Assembly (NCBI GenBank): GCA_965237905.1
Contig: OZ250172.1
Span: 1,376,001-1,440,000 of the forward strand
Direction of reading: 5' to 3'
DNA: 64,000 nt
Origin: Nitrospinaceae bacterium
Lineage (GTDB): Bacteria > Nitrospinota > Nitrospinia > Nitrospinales > Nitrospinaceae
Shown: positions 39,054 through 50,058 of the stretch, piece after piece
How the letters are laid out: every line of letters starts with the position of its first letter
Position numbering within the stretch: position 1 is the first letter of the stretch
The notes under the pieces: generated by a model
The model's input: the letters and a program-made list of their open reading frames with translations, nothing else
The model's database searches: none
What the model was told of the DNA's origin: nothing
Made by a program: the position numbers and the translations under genes

Positions 39054-39497
39054 ATGGCCAAGAAAAAAATTAAGAACCCTTGGGATCAATGCAAAAATTG
39101 CCTGCCGGCAAAATGCTGCACCTACTTCTCTCTGGAAGTGGACGAACCCGAAAACCGCAAGGATTACGAAGCGATGTTATGGCAGATCGCGCACAGGGGC
39201 GTTTCATTTTATATCTACCGCAAGGCCTGGTATATGATGGTGGACTCGGTTTGCGAGTTTCTCACTCCGGAAAACAAATGCGGCATTTACGAAACCCGTC
39301 CTTATATCTGCAAGGAGCACAGCATTGAAACCTGTGAATACACCGAGGGAGATTACGGGTTTACGGAGCATTTCAAGTCTTACGATGAGTTGATGGCGTG
39401 GATTAAGGAAAACACTAATTTCCGCTTCAAGGACCGGCATCAAGTGGCGAAGGAGACCAACACCAAGGTCCGTCCTCTACGAGCGGCTATCGGCTGA
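39054..39497 (+). CDS. YkgJ family cysteine-cluster protein
   Basis: CKNC...CC, CEFL....CGIYETRPYIC. Confidence 0.85.
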   Translation: MAKKKIKNPWDQCKNCLPAKCCTYFSLEVDEPENRKDYEAMLWQIAHRGVSFYIYRKAWYMMVDSVCEFLTPENKCGIYETRPYICKEHSIETCEYTEGDYGFTEHFKSYDELMAWIKENTNFRFKDRHQVAKETNTKVRPLRAAIG

Positions 39498-39544
39498 AGC
39501 ACCTCATACTGAGACCGACACAAACACGATCTCATTTCCCCAAT

Positions 39545-39587
39545 AAAAAACCCCAACCGAGAAATGACTATCTCGGTTGGGGTTTTT
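39545..39587. terminator. Bidirectional Rho-independent terminator
   Basis: A6-CCCCAACCGAGA-8 nt loop-TCTCGGTTGGGG-T5 between the convergent YkgJ-family and rplQ genes. Confidence 0.88.
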
Positions 39588-39602
39588 GCTAACTGTCGGT
39601 TA

Positions 39603-40253
39603 TTACTTTTTCTTCTTCGGCGCGGCTTTTTTCGTTGCAGCTTTTTTAGGCGCGGCTTTCGCCGGCTTTTTAGCAGCTGCCTTTTTGGGGGCGGCTTTTT
39701 TGGCTTCCGTTTTTTTCTTGTCTACTTTTTTAGCTTCCGCCGGCTTCTTTTTGGTTTCGGTTTTCTTGACCGCTTTCTTTTCAGTTTTCTTTTCTTTTTC
39801 CGGTTTGGCTTCGGCTTTCTTTTCAGGCTTTTTCGCGGTGTCTTTTTTAGGAGCGGCCTTTTTCTCGGCCTTGGCCTTGGTTGCCGGCGCTTCGCCTTCC
39901 CGGTCTACCAACTCGATAAACGCCATAGGCGCGTCATCACCCCGGCGGTTGCCGATTTTAATAATGCGGGTATAGCCGCCACTGCGTTTGGCATACCGCT
40001 CCGAAAGCGGGCCGAACAATTTGATAAACGCTTCCTTTTCCACAACCACCTTGCGCGCCAGGCGCTTGGCATGCAGAGTACCCTTTTTACCGAGAGTAAT
40101 CGTTTTTTCCACATGGCTCCGCAACTCTTTCGCCTTGGCAAGGGTGGTGCGGATCCGCTCCCGGCGGATCAGGGCAGTCACCAAATTCCGGAACAACGCT
40201 TTGCGGTGGGCAGTGGTACGGCCGAGTATTCGGCCTGATTTCAAATGTCGCAT
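39603..40253 (-). CDS. rplQ: 50S ribosomal protein L17 with a long Lys/Ala-rich C-terminal extension
   Basis: MRH...TTLAKAKE...GGYTRI...RRGD.A.MAFIELV, then ~95 aa K/A/E/P tail. Confidence 0.96.
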   Translation of the reverse strand: MRHLKSGRILGRTTAHRKALFRNLVTALIRRERIRTTLAKAKELRSHVEKTITLGKKGTLHAKRLARKVVVEKEAFIKLFGPLSERYAKRSGGYTRIIKIGNRRGDDAPMAFIELVDREGEAPATKAKAEKKAAPKKDTAKKPEKKAEAKPEKEKKTEKKAVKKTETKKKPAEAKKVDKKKTEAKKAAPKKAAAKKPAKAAPKKAATKKAAPKKKK

Positions 40254-40287
40254 TAGATTTTCCTTGCTTCCTTCCTGATTCTACCCG

Positions 40288-41316
40288 TTAGGTCCGTTCA
40301 ACGTCGGTTTCCATTTCCTTTTTCTTACGCGCGGCGGTAATCTGCTTGATATCATCTTCTTCGAGCTTCATACCCAGATGCAGTCCCATTTCTTCGAGAA
40401 TCTCCTTGATCTCGTTGAGGGATTTGCGGCCAAAGTTCCGGGTTTTCAGCATCTCACCGTCGCCTTTTTGCACCAGCTCGGAAATAGTCTGGATATTGGC
40501 GTTCTTTAGACAATTGTAGGAACGCACCGAAAGTTCCAGCTCTTCCACGCTCTTGGACAAGTTGGTGATCATCTTTAGCTTCTTTTCGTCCACTTGGGGC
40601 TGGACCTGCTCCGGATCTTCATCGAAGTTGATGAAAACCTGCATATGGTCCTTGACGATTTTCGCGGCATGGGCGACTGCGTCTTCCGGAGATATACTTC
40701 CGTCGGTCCACAATTCCATGACCAAGGCGTCGAAATCGGTGGACTGACCGACACGGGTCTTTTCGACCGTGTAAATCACTTTTTCAATGGGCGAGAAGAG
40801 AGCGTCTACCGGAATCATTTGTACTGATTCGGCACTGAGGTCATGGCGGTCTGCAGGAACATAGCCCCGGCCTCTTTTAACAATCACTTCAAAATCCAAT
40901 GCTCCACTTTTGTCCAAAGTCGCGACCAGCTGATCCGGATTGAGAATTTCGATATCGGGGTCACCTTCAAAATCGCCCGCGGTAACTTTTCCCTCCGAAT
41001 TTTTCTTAAGGTACATCCTCTTCTGATCGACCTGACCGTGCATTCTGAGCTTTAACTGCTTGAGATTGAGAATGATCTCGCTGATATCTTCCATCACGCC
41101 GGGTATCGAGGAAAACTCGTGATAAATTCCCTCGAATTTAGCTCCAATAATGGAAGCTCCCTGCAAAGAGGACAGCAACATACGCCGCAACGAGTTTCCT
41201 ATGGTAACTCCGTACCCTCGCTCAAAGGGTCCTACCCGGAACTTGGCGTAATCACCGGTTCTTGTTTTCTTTTCAAAATCAATACGCTTAGGTTTAACGA
41301 TGCCTTGCATCACCAT
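40288..41316 (-). CDS. rpoA: RNA polymerase subunit alpha
   Basis: [35 protein letters not shown]. Confidence 0.97.
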   Translation of the reverse strand: MVMQGIVKPKRIDFEKKTRTGDYAKFRVGPFERGYGVTIGNSLRRMLLSSLQGASIIGAKFEGIYHEFSSIPGVMEDISEIILNLKQLKLRMHGQVDQKRMYLKKNSEGKVTAGDFEGDPDIEILNPDQLVATLDKSGALDFEVIVKRGRGYVPADRHDLSAESVQMIPVDALFSPIEKVIYTVEKTRVGQSTDFDALVMELWTDGSISPEDAVAHAAKIVKDHMQVFINFDEDPEQVQPQVDEKKLKMITNLSKSVEELELSVRSYNCLKNANIQTISELVQKGDGEMLKTRNFGRKSLNEIKEILEEMGLHLGMKLEEDDIKQITAARKKKEMETDVERT

Positions 41317-41397
41317 GTAGTCAATCCTCCGATTGAGTCTTTTGTTGACACCCAGAAGATGTGCTGAATGATTAGTTACTTCCGATTGTGGGGACTA

Positions 41398-42024
41398 TTA
41401 ACGCGAATAGAGTTCGACAATCAATTGTTCTTGAATAGGCATAGTAACATCCTCCCGGCTCGCGAGAGATTGCACGATCCCTTCCTTCTTATCGGCATCA
41501 AACGTAAGCCAGGAAGGCAGGGTTTTGCCCTTCAAGTTTTCGAGAGCGGTTTTAATTGGAAATTTTTCCGCCTTGCTTTGAACAGGTGCAATCACATCCC
41601 CTTTTTTCATAATATAAGAGGGAACATCCACTTTCTTGCCATTGACCGTAAAGAACCGATGGCGAACCAATTGCCGGGCGGCGTTTCTGGAACCCGCCAA
41701 GCCCATTCGAAAAACGACGTTATCGAACCTCATTTCCAAGAGTTGAAGGAGATTTTCCCCGGTAACCCCCTTCTGACGATCTGCTATCTTGAAATATTTT
41801 CTGAATTGTTTTTCCAAGACCCCATAAATGCGGCGCACTTTCTGCTTTTCTCTCAACTGAACGCCGTATTCTGAAAACTTGGTCCGGCCCTGTCCGTGTT
41901 GGCCGGGAGCATACGCTCTTTTATCGATGGCGCACTTGGGCGTTTCACACCGACTGGCCTTCAAAAACAGTTTTTCACCTTCTCTCCGGCAAAGCCGGCA
42001 TACTGAATCCGTATATCTCGCCAA
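41398..42024 (-). CDS. rpsD: 30S ribosomal protein S4
   Basis: [28 protein letters not shown]. Confidence 0.97.
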   Translation of the reverse strand: MARYTDSVCRLCRREGEKLFLKASRCETPKCAIDKRAYAPGQHGQGRTKFSEYGVQLREKQKVRRIYGVLEKQFRKYFKIADRQKGVTGENLLQLLEMRFDNVVFRMGLAGSRNAARQLVRHRFFTVNGKKVDVPSYIMKKGDVIAPVQSKAEKFPIKTALENLKGKTLPSWLTFDADKKEGIVQSLASREDVTMPIQEQLIVELYSR

Positions 42025-42049
42025 AACCTGATACTCCTTTTAAGTAAGC

Positions 42050-42439
42050 TTATACTCGTCTTCGTTTACGCGGACGGCAACCATTATGCGGAATGGGCGT
42101 TTTGTCCCGAATGACGGAAATCTCCATTCCTACCGCTTGTAAAGACCGAATGGCAGACTCCCGGCCCGCCCCGGGTCCTTTGACATGAACCTCCAGTTTT
42201 CTCATTCCCAAGTCTCTCGCTTTGACGGCTGCTTTTTCGGCTGCGACCTGGGCGGCAAAGGGGGTGCTCTTACGCGATCCCTTGAAACCCTGCGCACCGG
42301 CGCTCGACCAGGAAACCACGTTTCCGGACAAATCGCTGATCGTCACGATGGTATTATTGAACGTAGCCCGGATATGCGCGATGCCGCTTTCAGGGGCTGA
42401 TTTGCTTTTCTTTTTCCCGCCTTTGGATTTTTTGTCCAT
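42050..42439 (-). CDS. rpsK: 30S ribosomal protein S11
   Basis: [24 protein letters not shown]. Confidence 0.97.
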   Translation of the reverse strand: MDKKSKGGKKKSKSAPESGIAHIRATFNNTIVTISDLSGNVVSWSSAGAQGFKGSRKSTPFAAQVAAEKAAVKARDLGMRKLEVHVKGPGAGRESAIRSLQAVGMEISVIRDKTPIPHNGCRPRKRRRV

Positions 42440-42454
42440 GGATCCCTTCTTTAT

Positions 42455-42832
42455 TTATTTTTTAGGCTTGGCGCCACCACTCGTTATTTTGCGCGGCCCT
42501 TTACGGGTACGAGCATTGGTATGGGTGCGCTGGCCGCGAACCGGCAGACCGCGACGGTGACGTAAACCCCGGTAACACCCGATATCCATCAGGCGCTTCA
42601 TATTCATATTAATGGCACGGCGCATATCGCCTTCCACTTCATATTCTTTTTCGATAATGGAGCGGACCTTGGCAATCTGGTCCTCCGTCATATCCTTGAT
42701 TCGTACTTCCTGCGGGATTTCCGCCTTTTCCAGAATTTTTGCGGAACTGGTGGGCCCAACGCCATAAATATACGTCAAAGCAATCAGGGCTCTCTTATCC
42801 CGGGGAATGTCTACACCTGCAATGCGTCCCAC
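42455..42832 (-). CDS. rpsM: 30S ribosomal protein S13
   Basis: [32 protein letters not shown]. Confidence 0.97.
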   Translation of the reverse strand: MGRIAGVDIPRDKRALIALTYIYGVGPTSSAKILEKAEIPQEVRIKDMTEDQIAKVRSIIEKEYEVEGDMRRAINMNMKRLMDIGCYRGLRHRRGLPVRGQRTHTNARTRKGPRKITSGGAKPKK

Positions 42833-42864
42833 ACGTTATCCTTTCTCAATCTGGGTTAAATCCG

Positions 42865-42978
42865 TCATCCCTGCCTTTGCTTGTGCTTGGGGTTTTCACA
42901 AATTACCCGCACCACACCCCGCCGGCGGATTATTTTACATTTGATACAAATAGGTTTAACGGATGATCTGACTTTCAT
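42865..42978 (-). CDS. rpmJ: 50S ribosomal protein L36
   Basis: Below the ORF-track cutoff; hand translation [37 protein letters not shown]. Confidence 0.96.
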   Translation of the reverse strand: MKVRSSVKPICIKCKIIRRRGVVRVICENPKHKQRQG

Positions 42979-42989
42979 AATACACCTTC

Positions 42990-43208
42990 TTATTTATAGC
43001 GATACGTTATTCGACCGCGCGTTAAATCGTAAGGAGACAGCTGGACTTTGACTTTATCTCCGGACAGAATCTTGATGAAATGCATCCGCATTTTCCCGGA
43101 AATATGAGCCAGAATTTTATGCCCGTTTTCCAACTCCACTCGAAACATGGCGTTGGGCAGGGGTTCCAAAACAGTTCCTTCGACTTCTATGGCTTCTTCT
43201 TTAGACAT
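42990..43208 (-). CDS. infA: Translation initiation factor IF-1
   Basis: [11 protein letters not shown]...[13 protein letters not shown]...[13 protein letters not shown]. Confidence 0.97.
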   Translation of the reverse strand: MSKEEAIEVEGTVLEPLPNAMFRVELENGHKILAHISGKMRMHFIKILSGDKVKVQLSPYDLTRGRITYRYK

Positions 43209-43210
43209 AA

Positions 43211-43852
43211 TCAAGCCACCACTTTGTAAATCCTGGAGAAAATCGCATCCATTCCGCCGCAGCCCTGAATGGTTCTCAATTTCCCCTGCTTCCGGTAAAA
43301 CTCCCTAAGAGGAGCCGTTTCCTTGTGGTAAACCTCTAGTCTCTTAACGATAGTCTCCTTGTTGTCGTCTGGGCGCTGGTATAACTCCCCGCCACATTCA
43401 TCGCAAACCCCGTCCACTTTGGGCGGATGCGAGGTCTGATGAAACATGGTTCCGCAATTTTTACAGGTATAGCGACCCGTCAGCCGAACCAGCAATTCAT
43501 CCCGGTCGACTTCCAGATCCACCACCGAATCTATATCTTGACCCATCGCCGCCAGGGTTTCCCCTAGTTTTTCAGCCTGGACGATGGTCCTTGGAAACCC
43601 GTCGAGAATGAATCCAGCCTCGCAGTCGGGCTCCACAATCCGTTCTTTAATCAAACCGATAACCACTTCGTCGGGGACCAATTCCCCTTTATCCATAAAC
43701 CTTTTGGCTTGTTGCCCCAATTCCGTGTCGTCTTCCACGGCGGCTCTCAGGATATCCCCGGTCGAGATTTTTGGGATACTGAACTTCTCCTGAAGCAAGT
43801 TAGCCTGAGTCCCTTTACCGGACCCGGGGGGACCTAACAATATCAACCTCAT
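43211..43852 (-). CDS. adk: Adenylate kinase (Zn-lid type)
   Basis: [27 protein letters not shown]...CDEC. Confidence 0.97.
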   Translation of the reverse strand: MRLILLGPPGSGKGTQANLLQEKFSIPKISTGDILRAAVEDDTELGQQAKRFMDKGELVPDEVVIGLIKERIVEPDCEAGFILDGFPRTIVQAEKLGETLAAMGQDIDSVVDLEVDRDELLVRLTGRYTCKNCGTMFHQTSHPPKVDGVCDECGGELYQRPDDNKETIVKRLEVYHKETAPLREFYRKQGKLRTIQGCGGMDAIFSRIYKVVA

Positions 43853-43855
43853 TGA

Positions 43856-45175
43856 TCAGCCTCGGCGACCTCGTATCCTCCCCTTTTTCAAAAATCCGTC
43901 GTAGTTGCGTTGAACCAGGTGGGATTCGATTTGTTGCATTGTATCGAGGGACACTCCAACAACGATAAGCAAGCTGGTACCGCCAAAATAGAACGGAATG
44001 TTGAAGTATTTTATCAGATAATCCGGCAAAATACATACAAAAGACAGGTAAATTGCCCCGTAAAAGGTCAACCTCGATAAAATCCGATCAAGATAATCAG
44101 CGGTCTTGGGTCCGGGACGAATTCCGGGGATAAAACCGCCGTTCTTTTTCATATTGTCCGCCACCTCCGTGGGATTGAACATAATCGACGTATAAAAATA
44201 ACAAAAGAAAAATACCAAACCAACAAAGATCGTGCTGTAGATAATCGTCCCCGGATTCATCAACCCTGCAAACTGCTGCATCCAGGGAAGATCGATAAAC
44301 CGCGCCATCGTCGCCGGCAATATGATCATCGTCGAGGCAAAAATCGGTGGAATAACCCCGGATGTATTCACTTTCAAGGGCAAATGGGTGCTTTGCCCAC
44401 CGTACATTTTACGTCCCACCATCCGTTTCGCATATTGGATGGGGATGCGCCTCTGCCCGCCCTCGGTAAACACGATGGCCCAAACCACGCCGGCCATCAA
44501 GACCGTCAGAAACAGAACCACCAGAATGGACAACTCGCCGGTGCCCATCTGTTCCATGGACAGGAAAATCGCCGCAGGCGTTCCCGCCACGATGCCGGCA
44601 AAAATGATCAGCGAAATGCCGTTGCCGATCCCCCGCTCGGTAATCTGTTCCCCGAGCCACATGATCAATGCGGTGCCCGCGGTAAGCGTTAAAACTGCCA
44701 TCAACCGGAAACTCCAACCGGGCTCCGGTACGATGAGCGCTCCGCTAGCGCCTGGTGGCGTGGCTTCTAACGCCATGCTCATGCCGGTACCCTGAACCAG
44801 GCTGATGAGGATGGTACCATACCGGGTATACTGGGTAATTTTCTTCTGGCCCTGCTCGCCTTCTTTTTTCAGTTGCGCCAGGTGCGGAGACACAACGGTC
44901 ATCAACTGCAAAATAATGGAAGCGCTGATATAGGGCATAATTCCCAGCGCGAATATGGTCGCTCGGCTCAACGCGCCGCCGGAGAACATATCGAACATAC
45001 CCATGATGGTGCCTTTTTGCTGCGCGAACAGTGCCGTCAGCGCGGCTCCATCAATTCCAGGGGTCGGAATGTGGGCGCCGATCCTGTAAACAATCAACAC
45101 ACCCAGTGTGAACAGAATCCGTCGTTTGAGTTCGGGAATTTTAAATAGGCTACCGAAACTCTCTGCGCCACTCAT
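43856..45175 (-). CDS. secY: Preprotein translocase SecY
   Basis: LGIMPYISASII, GIGNGISLIIF, FIPGIRPG, GGTSLLIVV. Confidence 0.97.
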   Translation of the reverse strand: MSGAESFGSLFKIPELKRRILFTLGVLIVYRIGAHIPTPGIDGAALTALFAQQKGTIMGMFDMFSGGALSRATIFALGIMPYISASIILQLMTVVSPHLAQLKKEGEQGQKKITQYTRYGTILISLVQGTGMSMALEATPPGASGALIVPEPGWSFRLMAVLTLTAGTALIMWLGEQITERGIGNGISLIIFAGIVAGTPAAIFLSMEQMGTGELSILVVLFLTVLMAGVVWAIVFTEGGQRRIPIQYAKRMVGRKMYGGQSTHLPLKVNTSGVIPPIFASTMIILPATMARFIDLPWMQQFAGLMNPGTIIYSTIFVGLVFFFCYFYTSIMFNPTEVADNMKKNGGFIPGIRPGPKTADYLDRILSRLTFYGAIYLSFVCILPDYLIKYFNIPFYFGGTSLLIVVGVSLDTMQQIESHLVQRNYDGFLKKGRIRGRRG

Positions 45176-45616
45176 TTAAAGGACTACAGCCTTTCCCCCG
45201 GATTTTTCAATTTTCTGTAGCGCGGATTGACTGAACTTGTGCGCATGAATCTCGACCGAACCGGTCAACTCGCCATCGCCCAGCACCTTAACCGCACCCG
45301 TATTTCGAATCAATCCTTGGTCTTTCAAAACCTGAGGCGTCAACGCGCCATCCACTTTCAACTCTGCCAGGGCCTTCAGATTCACCAGATCGTAAGATTT
45401 CTTAAAAATGTTGGTGAATCCACGTTTGGGAAGGCGCCTTTGCAATGGCATTTGGCCACCTTCAAACCAGGGATGCGGCTTACCGCCGGAACGGCTTTTC
45501 TGACCCTTCTGGCCCCGTCCACAGGTTTTACCGGTACCGGATCCGGAACCTCTTCCCACCCGCTTTGGATTTTTGCGGGCTCCAGGATTATTTTTTAAAT
45601 TCGATAAGGTGATCAT
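45176..45616 (-). CDS. rplO: 50S ribosomal protein L15
   Basis: [34 protein letters not shown]. Confidence 0.97.
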   Translation of the reverse strand: MITLSNLKNNPGARKNPKRVGRGSGSGTGKTCGRGQKGQKSRSGGKPHPWFEGGQMPLQRRLPKRGFTNIFKKSYDLVNLKALAELKVDGALTPQVLKDQGLIRNTGAVKVLGDGELTGSVEIHAHKFSQSALQKIEKSGGKAVVL

Positions 45617-45638
45617 CTTTTATAAATTCCAATTCCGT

Positions 45639-46142
45639 TCAGGCGGAAGGCTTGGCCACTACCGCTTTTTCCCGCGCCTTGGAAAACTGTTCCGCGTTAC
45701 GCAGGGAAATCAATCCATTGATAGTGGCCTTAACCACGTTATGTGGATTATTGGTCCGAAGACATTTGGTCAGGATATCCTTGATTCCAACTGCCTCAAG
45801 CACTGCGCGTACGGCACCACCGGCGATCAGGCCGGTCCCCCGGGAAGCAGGTTTCATCAAGACGCGCCCGGAACCAAACTGCCCGACGATTTCGTGCGGT
45901 ATGGTGGATCCGTCCAGCGGAACCAAGACCTGGCTTTTCTTAGCCTTGTCAATCCCTTTGCGAATCGCTTCCGGCACTTCATTGGCTTTACCGAGGCCCC
46001 AGCCGACTTTGCCTTCGCGGTTGCCCACAACCACCAGGGCGCTGAAGCTGAACCGACGGCCACCCTTCACCACTTTGGCGACACGTTTGATCTTGACGAC
46101 TTTATCTACCAGATCCTGTTGTTTTCCGTTTCGATCCTGCAA
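45639..46142 (-). CDS. rpsE: 30S ribosomal protein S5
   Basis: [22 protein letters not shown]. Confidence 0.97.
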   Translation of the reverse strand: MQDRNGKQQDLVDKVVKIKRVAKVVKGGRRFSFSALVVVGNREGKVGWGLGKANEVPEAIRKGIDKAKKSQVLVPLDGSTIPHEIVGQFGSGRVLMKPASRGTGLIAGGAVRAVLEAVGIKDILTKCLRTNNPHNVVKATINGLISLRNAEQFSKAREKAVVAKPSA

Positions 46143-46182
46143 CGATCTTCCTCCTGTTCGCCGGGTAATTCACCCTGCGAAC

Positions 46183-46548
46183 TTAAAATTTAACTCCCTT
46201 TTCACGCACCGCATCGGCCAGCGCCTTGACGCGTCCAGCATAAATGAATCCATTGCGGTCGTAATACACTTCCTTGATGCCCTGTTGAGCGGCTTTTTCG
46301 CCCAGCAGAGAACCGACCAATACGGCGGCTTTGACGTTGCCTCCGTATTTCATCTGCTTCTGGAAGGCCTTGGATACGGTAGACTCCGTAACCAGGGTTT
46401 TGCGTTCCTGATCGCTGATGATCTGCGCATAAATATGCTTGGCGCTTTTGAACACCGTGAGACGCAGTTTCTCCGGATGGCGCTGAGTTTTAGTCTTCAC
46501 CCGCTGCTTGCGATGCAGCCTGAGGCGGCGGCGTAATGTCGTTTTCAT
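46183..46548 (-). CDS. rplR: 50S ribosomal protein L18
   Basis: [28 protein letters not shown]. Confidence 0.95.
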   Translation of the reverse strand: MKTTLRRRLRLHRKQRVKTKTQRHPEKLRLTVFKSAKHIYAQIISDQERKTLVTESTVSKAFQKQMKYGGNVKAAVLVGSLLGEKAAQQGIKEVYYDRNGFIYAGRVKALADAVREKGVKF

Positions 46549-46560
46549 AATTGATGTACC

Positions 46561-47109
46561 TTATTTACCCGTGCCGGCAGCTTTTCCTGCTTTTCTCCGA
46601 ATGTGTTCATTCGCATACATCACCCCTTTACCTTTATACGGCTCCGGGGGACGGAACTTCCGGATTTCAGCGGAGACCTGCCCTACTTGCTGTTTATCGG
46701 TTCCTTTGATTTTGATGGTATTCGCTTTGGAATCGACTTCGAATTCTATCCCTTTAGGTGCGGGGTATTTCACAGGGTGAGAAAATCCCAGTTGCATCAC
46801 CAGGTCATTCCCTTTCAAATCCACTTTATACCCGACTCCCACAATATTGAGTTGCTTTAAAAATCCTTCCGAGACGCCGGTGACCATATTGCTGAGCAAC
46901 GCCCGGGTCAGTCCGTGCAGAGCCCTATTGGTCCGGTTGTCGTCCGGCCGACTCACCACAATTTGCCCATCCGTGGATTCGATTTTCATATTCGAATCGA
47001 ATTCGCGCTCAAGCTCGCCTTTGGAACCTTTGACGTGCACCTTGGATCCATCGATCTTGACATCAACCCCGGAGGGGATGGCTATGGGTTTTCTACCGAC
47101 TCGCGACAT
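46561..47109 (-). CDS. rplF: 50S ribosomal protein L6
   Basis: MSRVGRKPI (ATG 47109), GFSHPV, RPPEPYKGKG. Confidence 0.97.
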   Translation of the reverse strand: MSRVGRKPIAIPSGVDVKIDGSKVHVKGSKGELEREFDSNMKIESTDGQIVVSRPDDNRTNRALHGLTRALLSNMVTGVSEGFLKQLNIVGVGYKVDLKGNDLVMQLGFSHPVKYPAPKGIEFEVDSKANTIKIKGTDKQQVGQVSAEIRKFRPPEPYKGKGVMYANEHIRRKAGKAAGTGK

Positions 47110-47119
47110 ATTCTCTTCC

Positions 47120-47515
47120 TTACCAGACGTGTCCCAACACTTCGCCCCCGACTCCTTTTTCACGGCAAATGCCGTCGGTGACCACTCCGGAGGATGTTGA
47201 GACAATAGCGACTCCCAATCCATTCAACACTTTGGGAATCTTATCCTTATTGACGTAGACCCTGCGGCCCGGCGTGCTGATGCGTTTGATCCCGTGAATG
47301 GATGATTCTCCATCCTTGTATTTCAAGTAAACACGGAGCATGCCCTGCTTGTTGTCCTCTGCCACTTTGAAATTCTTGATAAACCCTTCATCGCGCAGAA
47401 TTTCCACAATCCGGATTTTCATCTTGGAATTCGGCATATCCACCTTGGGATGCTCCGCCTGAATGGCGTTTCTAATTCTTGTAAATAAATCCGCTATGGG
47501 ATCGGTCATTGACAT
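47120..47515 (-). CDS. rpsH: 30S ribosomal protein S8
   Basis: [25 protein letters not shown]. Confidence 0.97.
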   Translation of the reverse strand: MSMTDPIADLFTRIRNAIQAEHPKVDMPNSKMKIRIVEILRDEGFIKNFKVAEDNKQGMLRVYLKYKDGESSIHGIKRISTPGRRVYVNKDKIPKVLNGLGVAIVSTSSGVVTDGICREKGVGGEVLGHVW

Positions 47516-47546
47516 AATGGTACCTGTCTCCTGATTCGTCTTCCGT

Positions 47547-47732
47547 TTACCAACTGGCCTTGGTCACTCCGGGAATCTCCCCCAGAAGCGCCCTTGTCCG
47601 AAAGCATATGCGGCACAACCCAAACTTTTGCAGGTAGGCGCGCGGCCGGCCGCAAACGTTGCAACGGTTGTATCCTCGAACCTTGAACTTCGGCTTTCGG
47701 TTGGCTTTGGCAATTAAACTTTTCTTGGCCAT
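47547..47732 (-). CDS. rpsN: 30S ribosomal protein S14 (type Z, Zn-binding)
   Basis: MAKKS...RCNVCGR...LCRICFR...PGVTKASW, 61 aa. Confidence 0.96.
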   Translation of the reverse strand: MAKKSLIAKANRKPKFKVRGYNRCNVCGRPRAYLQKFGLCRICFRTRALLGEIPGVTKASW

Positions 47733-47755
47733 GTTTGACTCCGGGTTCCTGCCGG

Positions 47756-48295
47756 TCAATTCCGGATCGGAAACCCCATTGATTTCAGTAACACCTTGCC
47801 TGCTTCATCCGTTTCGGCGGAGGTGCAAATTGTGATATTCATCCCTTTAACATGCTCGATCTTATCGAAGTCGATCTCCGGAAAGATCAATTGCTCTTTC
47901 AGGCCGATGGTGTAGTTGCCCCGACCATCGAACGCCTTGGGAGGCAGTCCCTTAAAATCCCTTACCCGCGGCAGGGCAAAGCCCACCAGCCGCTCAAAAA
48001 ACTCGTACATGCGGTTACCGCGCAGGGTCACCCGAACGCCGATGGGCACCCCTTCCCGCAATTTAAAATTCGAGATGGCCTTCTTGGCGCGGGTCACCAC
48101 GGGTTGCTGGCCGGCGATGGTTCGCAACTGCTCCACGCCCGCGTCGATCAACTTACCGTTCTGCAGAGCCTCTCCCAATCCCATATTGACGACAATCTTA
48201 TCCAGATGGGGAACCTGCATGACATTTTTCAATCCGAGGTCCTTCTGGACTTGGGCTTTGATTTTTTCGTTATATATTTTTTTTAAATTCGCCAT
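47756..48295 (-). CDS. rplE: 50S ribosomal protein L5
   Basis: KIVVNMG, FKLREG, LPRVRDF.G, FDGRGNY. Confidence 0.97.
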   Translation of the reverse strand: MANLKKIYNEKIKAQVQKDLGLKNVMQVPHLDKIVVNMGLGEALQNGKLIDAGVEQLRTIAGQQPVVTRAKKAISNFKLREGVPIGVRVTLRGNRMYEFFERLVGFALPRVRDFKGLPPKAFDGRGNYTIGLKEQLIFPEIDFDKIEHVKGMNITICTSAETDEAGKVLLKSMGFPIRN

Positions 48296-48325
48296 GATTT
48301 CCGGTTTTCTGCAATCCCGCTGGAA

Positions 48326-48658
48326 TTACATCTTATCCATTACTTCTCCGCATTTGGCACAGACACGCACCCGCTTGCCGTCTTCCAGCTTCTTGCGTTT
48401 GGTCCGTACCCCCTTGCCGCATTTGTCACACACCAACAAGACGTTGGAAATAGCCAGCCGCCCTTCCTTTTCGATAATGCCGCCCTGCTTGTTCTGCGCA
48501 CTGGGCTTGGTGTGCCTTTTCAGCATATTCAATTTTTCAACAGTGAGCTTTCCGTCATTGGGAAATAACATCAGGATTTTCCCTTTTTTACCCTTTTCCC
48601 GTCCGGCGATGACTTCCACGATGTCATCTTTTTTCAATTTGAGTTTGACCCCACTCAT
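48326..48658 (-). CDS. rplX: 50S ribosomal protein L24
   Basis: KOW motif [19 protein letters not shown]...CAKC. Confidence 0.96.
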   Translation of the reverse strand: MSGVKLKLKKDDIVEVIAGREKGKKGKILMLFPNDGKLTVEKLNMLKRHTKPSAQNKQGGIIEKEGRLAISNVLLVCDKCGKGVRTKRKKLEDGKRVRVCAKCGEVMDKM

Positions 48659-49026
48659 TACAATACCTCCGGCGCAAGCGACAGAATTTTCAAAAACTTT
48701 TTAGCTCTCAACTCACGCGCGACAGGACCGAAGATACGGGTACCCACCGGCTCTTTCGCATCAGTGACCAGTACCGCGGCGTTGGTATCGAATTTGATAT
48801 AACTGCCTTCCGGACGCCGGATTTCCTTGCGGGTACGGACCACCACGGCTTTTCTCACATCGCCCTTCTTGATCTGGCTCTGCGGTTCACATTCCTTCAC
48901 CGCCACCACGATGATGTCGCCGACCGAGGCATACCGGCGCCCCGTCCCACCCAGAACCTTGATGCACTGCACCTTTTTGGCTCCAGAGTTATCCGCCACA
49001 TCCATGACTGTTCTTAATTGGATCAT
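48658..49026 (-). CDS. rplN: 50S ribosomal protein L14
   Basis: [28 protein letters not shown]. Confidence 0.97.
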   Translation of the reverse strand: MIQLRTVMDVADNSGAKKVQCIKVLGGTGRRYASVGDIIVVAVKECEPQSQIKKGDVRKAVVVRTRKEIRRPEGSYIKFDTNAAVLVTDAKEPVGTRIFGPVARELRAKKFLKILSLAPEVL

Positions 49027-49041
49027 AGTTGTTGTATCCGG

Positions 49042-49311
49042 CTATACCGCTTGCGCTACCTTTAAAACCTTTTCCAGATTCCAGCGTTTGGTTTTGCTCA
49101 ACGGTCTCACTTCCCGCATGGAGATGAAATCCCCAACCGAGCACTCGTTCTTTTCGTCATGACACCGGAATTTTTTGGTCCGCTTGACCACCTTCTTGAA
49201 GGTGCGGTGGATGAATTTGCGCTCCACCGAAACCACGACCGTTTTATCCATCTTATTGCTCACGACGGTTCCCGTAATTACTTTTTTAATTTTTGCGGCT
49301 TCCTGACTCAA
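49042..49311 (-). CDS. rpsQ: 30S ribosomal protein S17
   Basis: [21 protein letters not shown]. Confidence 0.96.
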   Translation of the reverse strand: MSQEAAKIKKVITGTVVSNKMDKTVVVSVERKFIHRTFKKVVKRTKKFRCHDEKNECSVGDFISMREVRPLSKTKRWNLEKVLKVAQAV

Positions 49312-49425
49312 TGGACCTCCATGAACATTTTCAATCGTACTGGATTATTTTTTACCCGCTGTTTTCTTGCTTTCTTTCTCTGGTTCTTTTTCGGCTTCAG
49401 CGGCGGGCTTGGCCTCGGCCACCGG

Positions 49426-49605
49426 CTAATTGCTTTTCAGGGTCAATATCCGGGCGATATCGCGCCGCATATACTTCAACCGGCCGGGATTTTCGATTTT
49501 TCCCATGGCCAACTGGAACTTCAAATTAAAATATTCTTCTCGCAGGTCGCTTAGCTTTTCCCCGCGTTCTTTTTCTGAAAGCTCTTTTATTTCCTCTATC
49601 TTCAT
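49426..49605 (-). CDS. rpmC: 50S ribosomal protein L29 (59 aa to the first TAG; frame stays open to 49345)
   Basis: Below the ORF-track cutoff; hand translation [10 protein letters not shown]...[33 protein letters not shown] at the canonical rplP-rpsQ position. Confidence 0.93.
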   Translation of the reverse strand: MKIEEIKELSEKERGEKLSDLREEYFNLKFQLAMGKIENPGRLKYMRRDIARILTLKSN

Positions 49606-49623
49606 AATCGCAATCCTGCTTCC

Positions 49624-50031
49624 TTATTTATTGGCCACAAACCGGGTCGGAACAGAAAGCTTATGCGCCGCCAGCCGGAAAGCCTCCTTGGCTACATCTT
49701 CCTCCACGCCCGCCATTTCATACAAAATACGTCCCGGCTTGACTACGGCGACCCAAAACTCCGGATTCCCTTTGCCTTTGCCCATACGGGTTTCCGCCGG
49801 CTTTTTGGAGATAGGCTTGTCCGGGAAAATGCGGAGCCAGATTTTGCCGCCACGCTTAACGTGACGGGTCATGGCAATACGCGCCGCTTCGATCTGCCGG
49901 TTGGTGATCCACCCGCAGGCCAGCGCCTGCAATCCATATTCACCGAAACTGACTGTGCCACCGCGGTACGCTGTTCCGCGCATTTTGCCTTTATGGCGTT
50001 TCCGGTATTTAACTTTTTTGGGCATCAACAT
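49624..50031 (-). CDS. rplP: 50S ribosomal protein L16
   Basis: [23 protein letters not shown]. Confidence 0.97.
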   Translation of the reverse strand: MLMPKKVKYRKRHKGKMRGTAYRGGTVSFGEYGLQALACGWITNRQIEAARIAMTRHVKRGGKIWLRIFPDKPISKKPAETRMGKGKGNPEFWVAVVKPGRILYEMAGVEEDVAKEAFRLAAHKLSVPTRFVANK

Positions 50032-50058
50032 GATGCAAACTCTCCTGTAAAATCGGCC

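Noticed and set aside
49021..49044. S17-L14 (and similarly L22-S3) fusion by readthrough, since the next start is in frame after TAG
   Set aside because: A short in-frame spacer is a 1-in-3 chance event, and both proteins have canonical termini.
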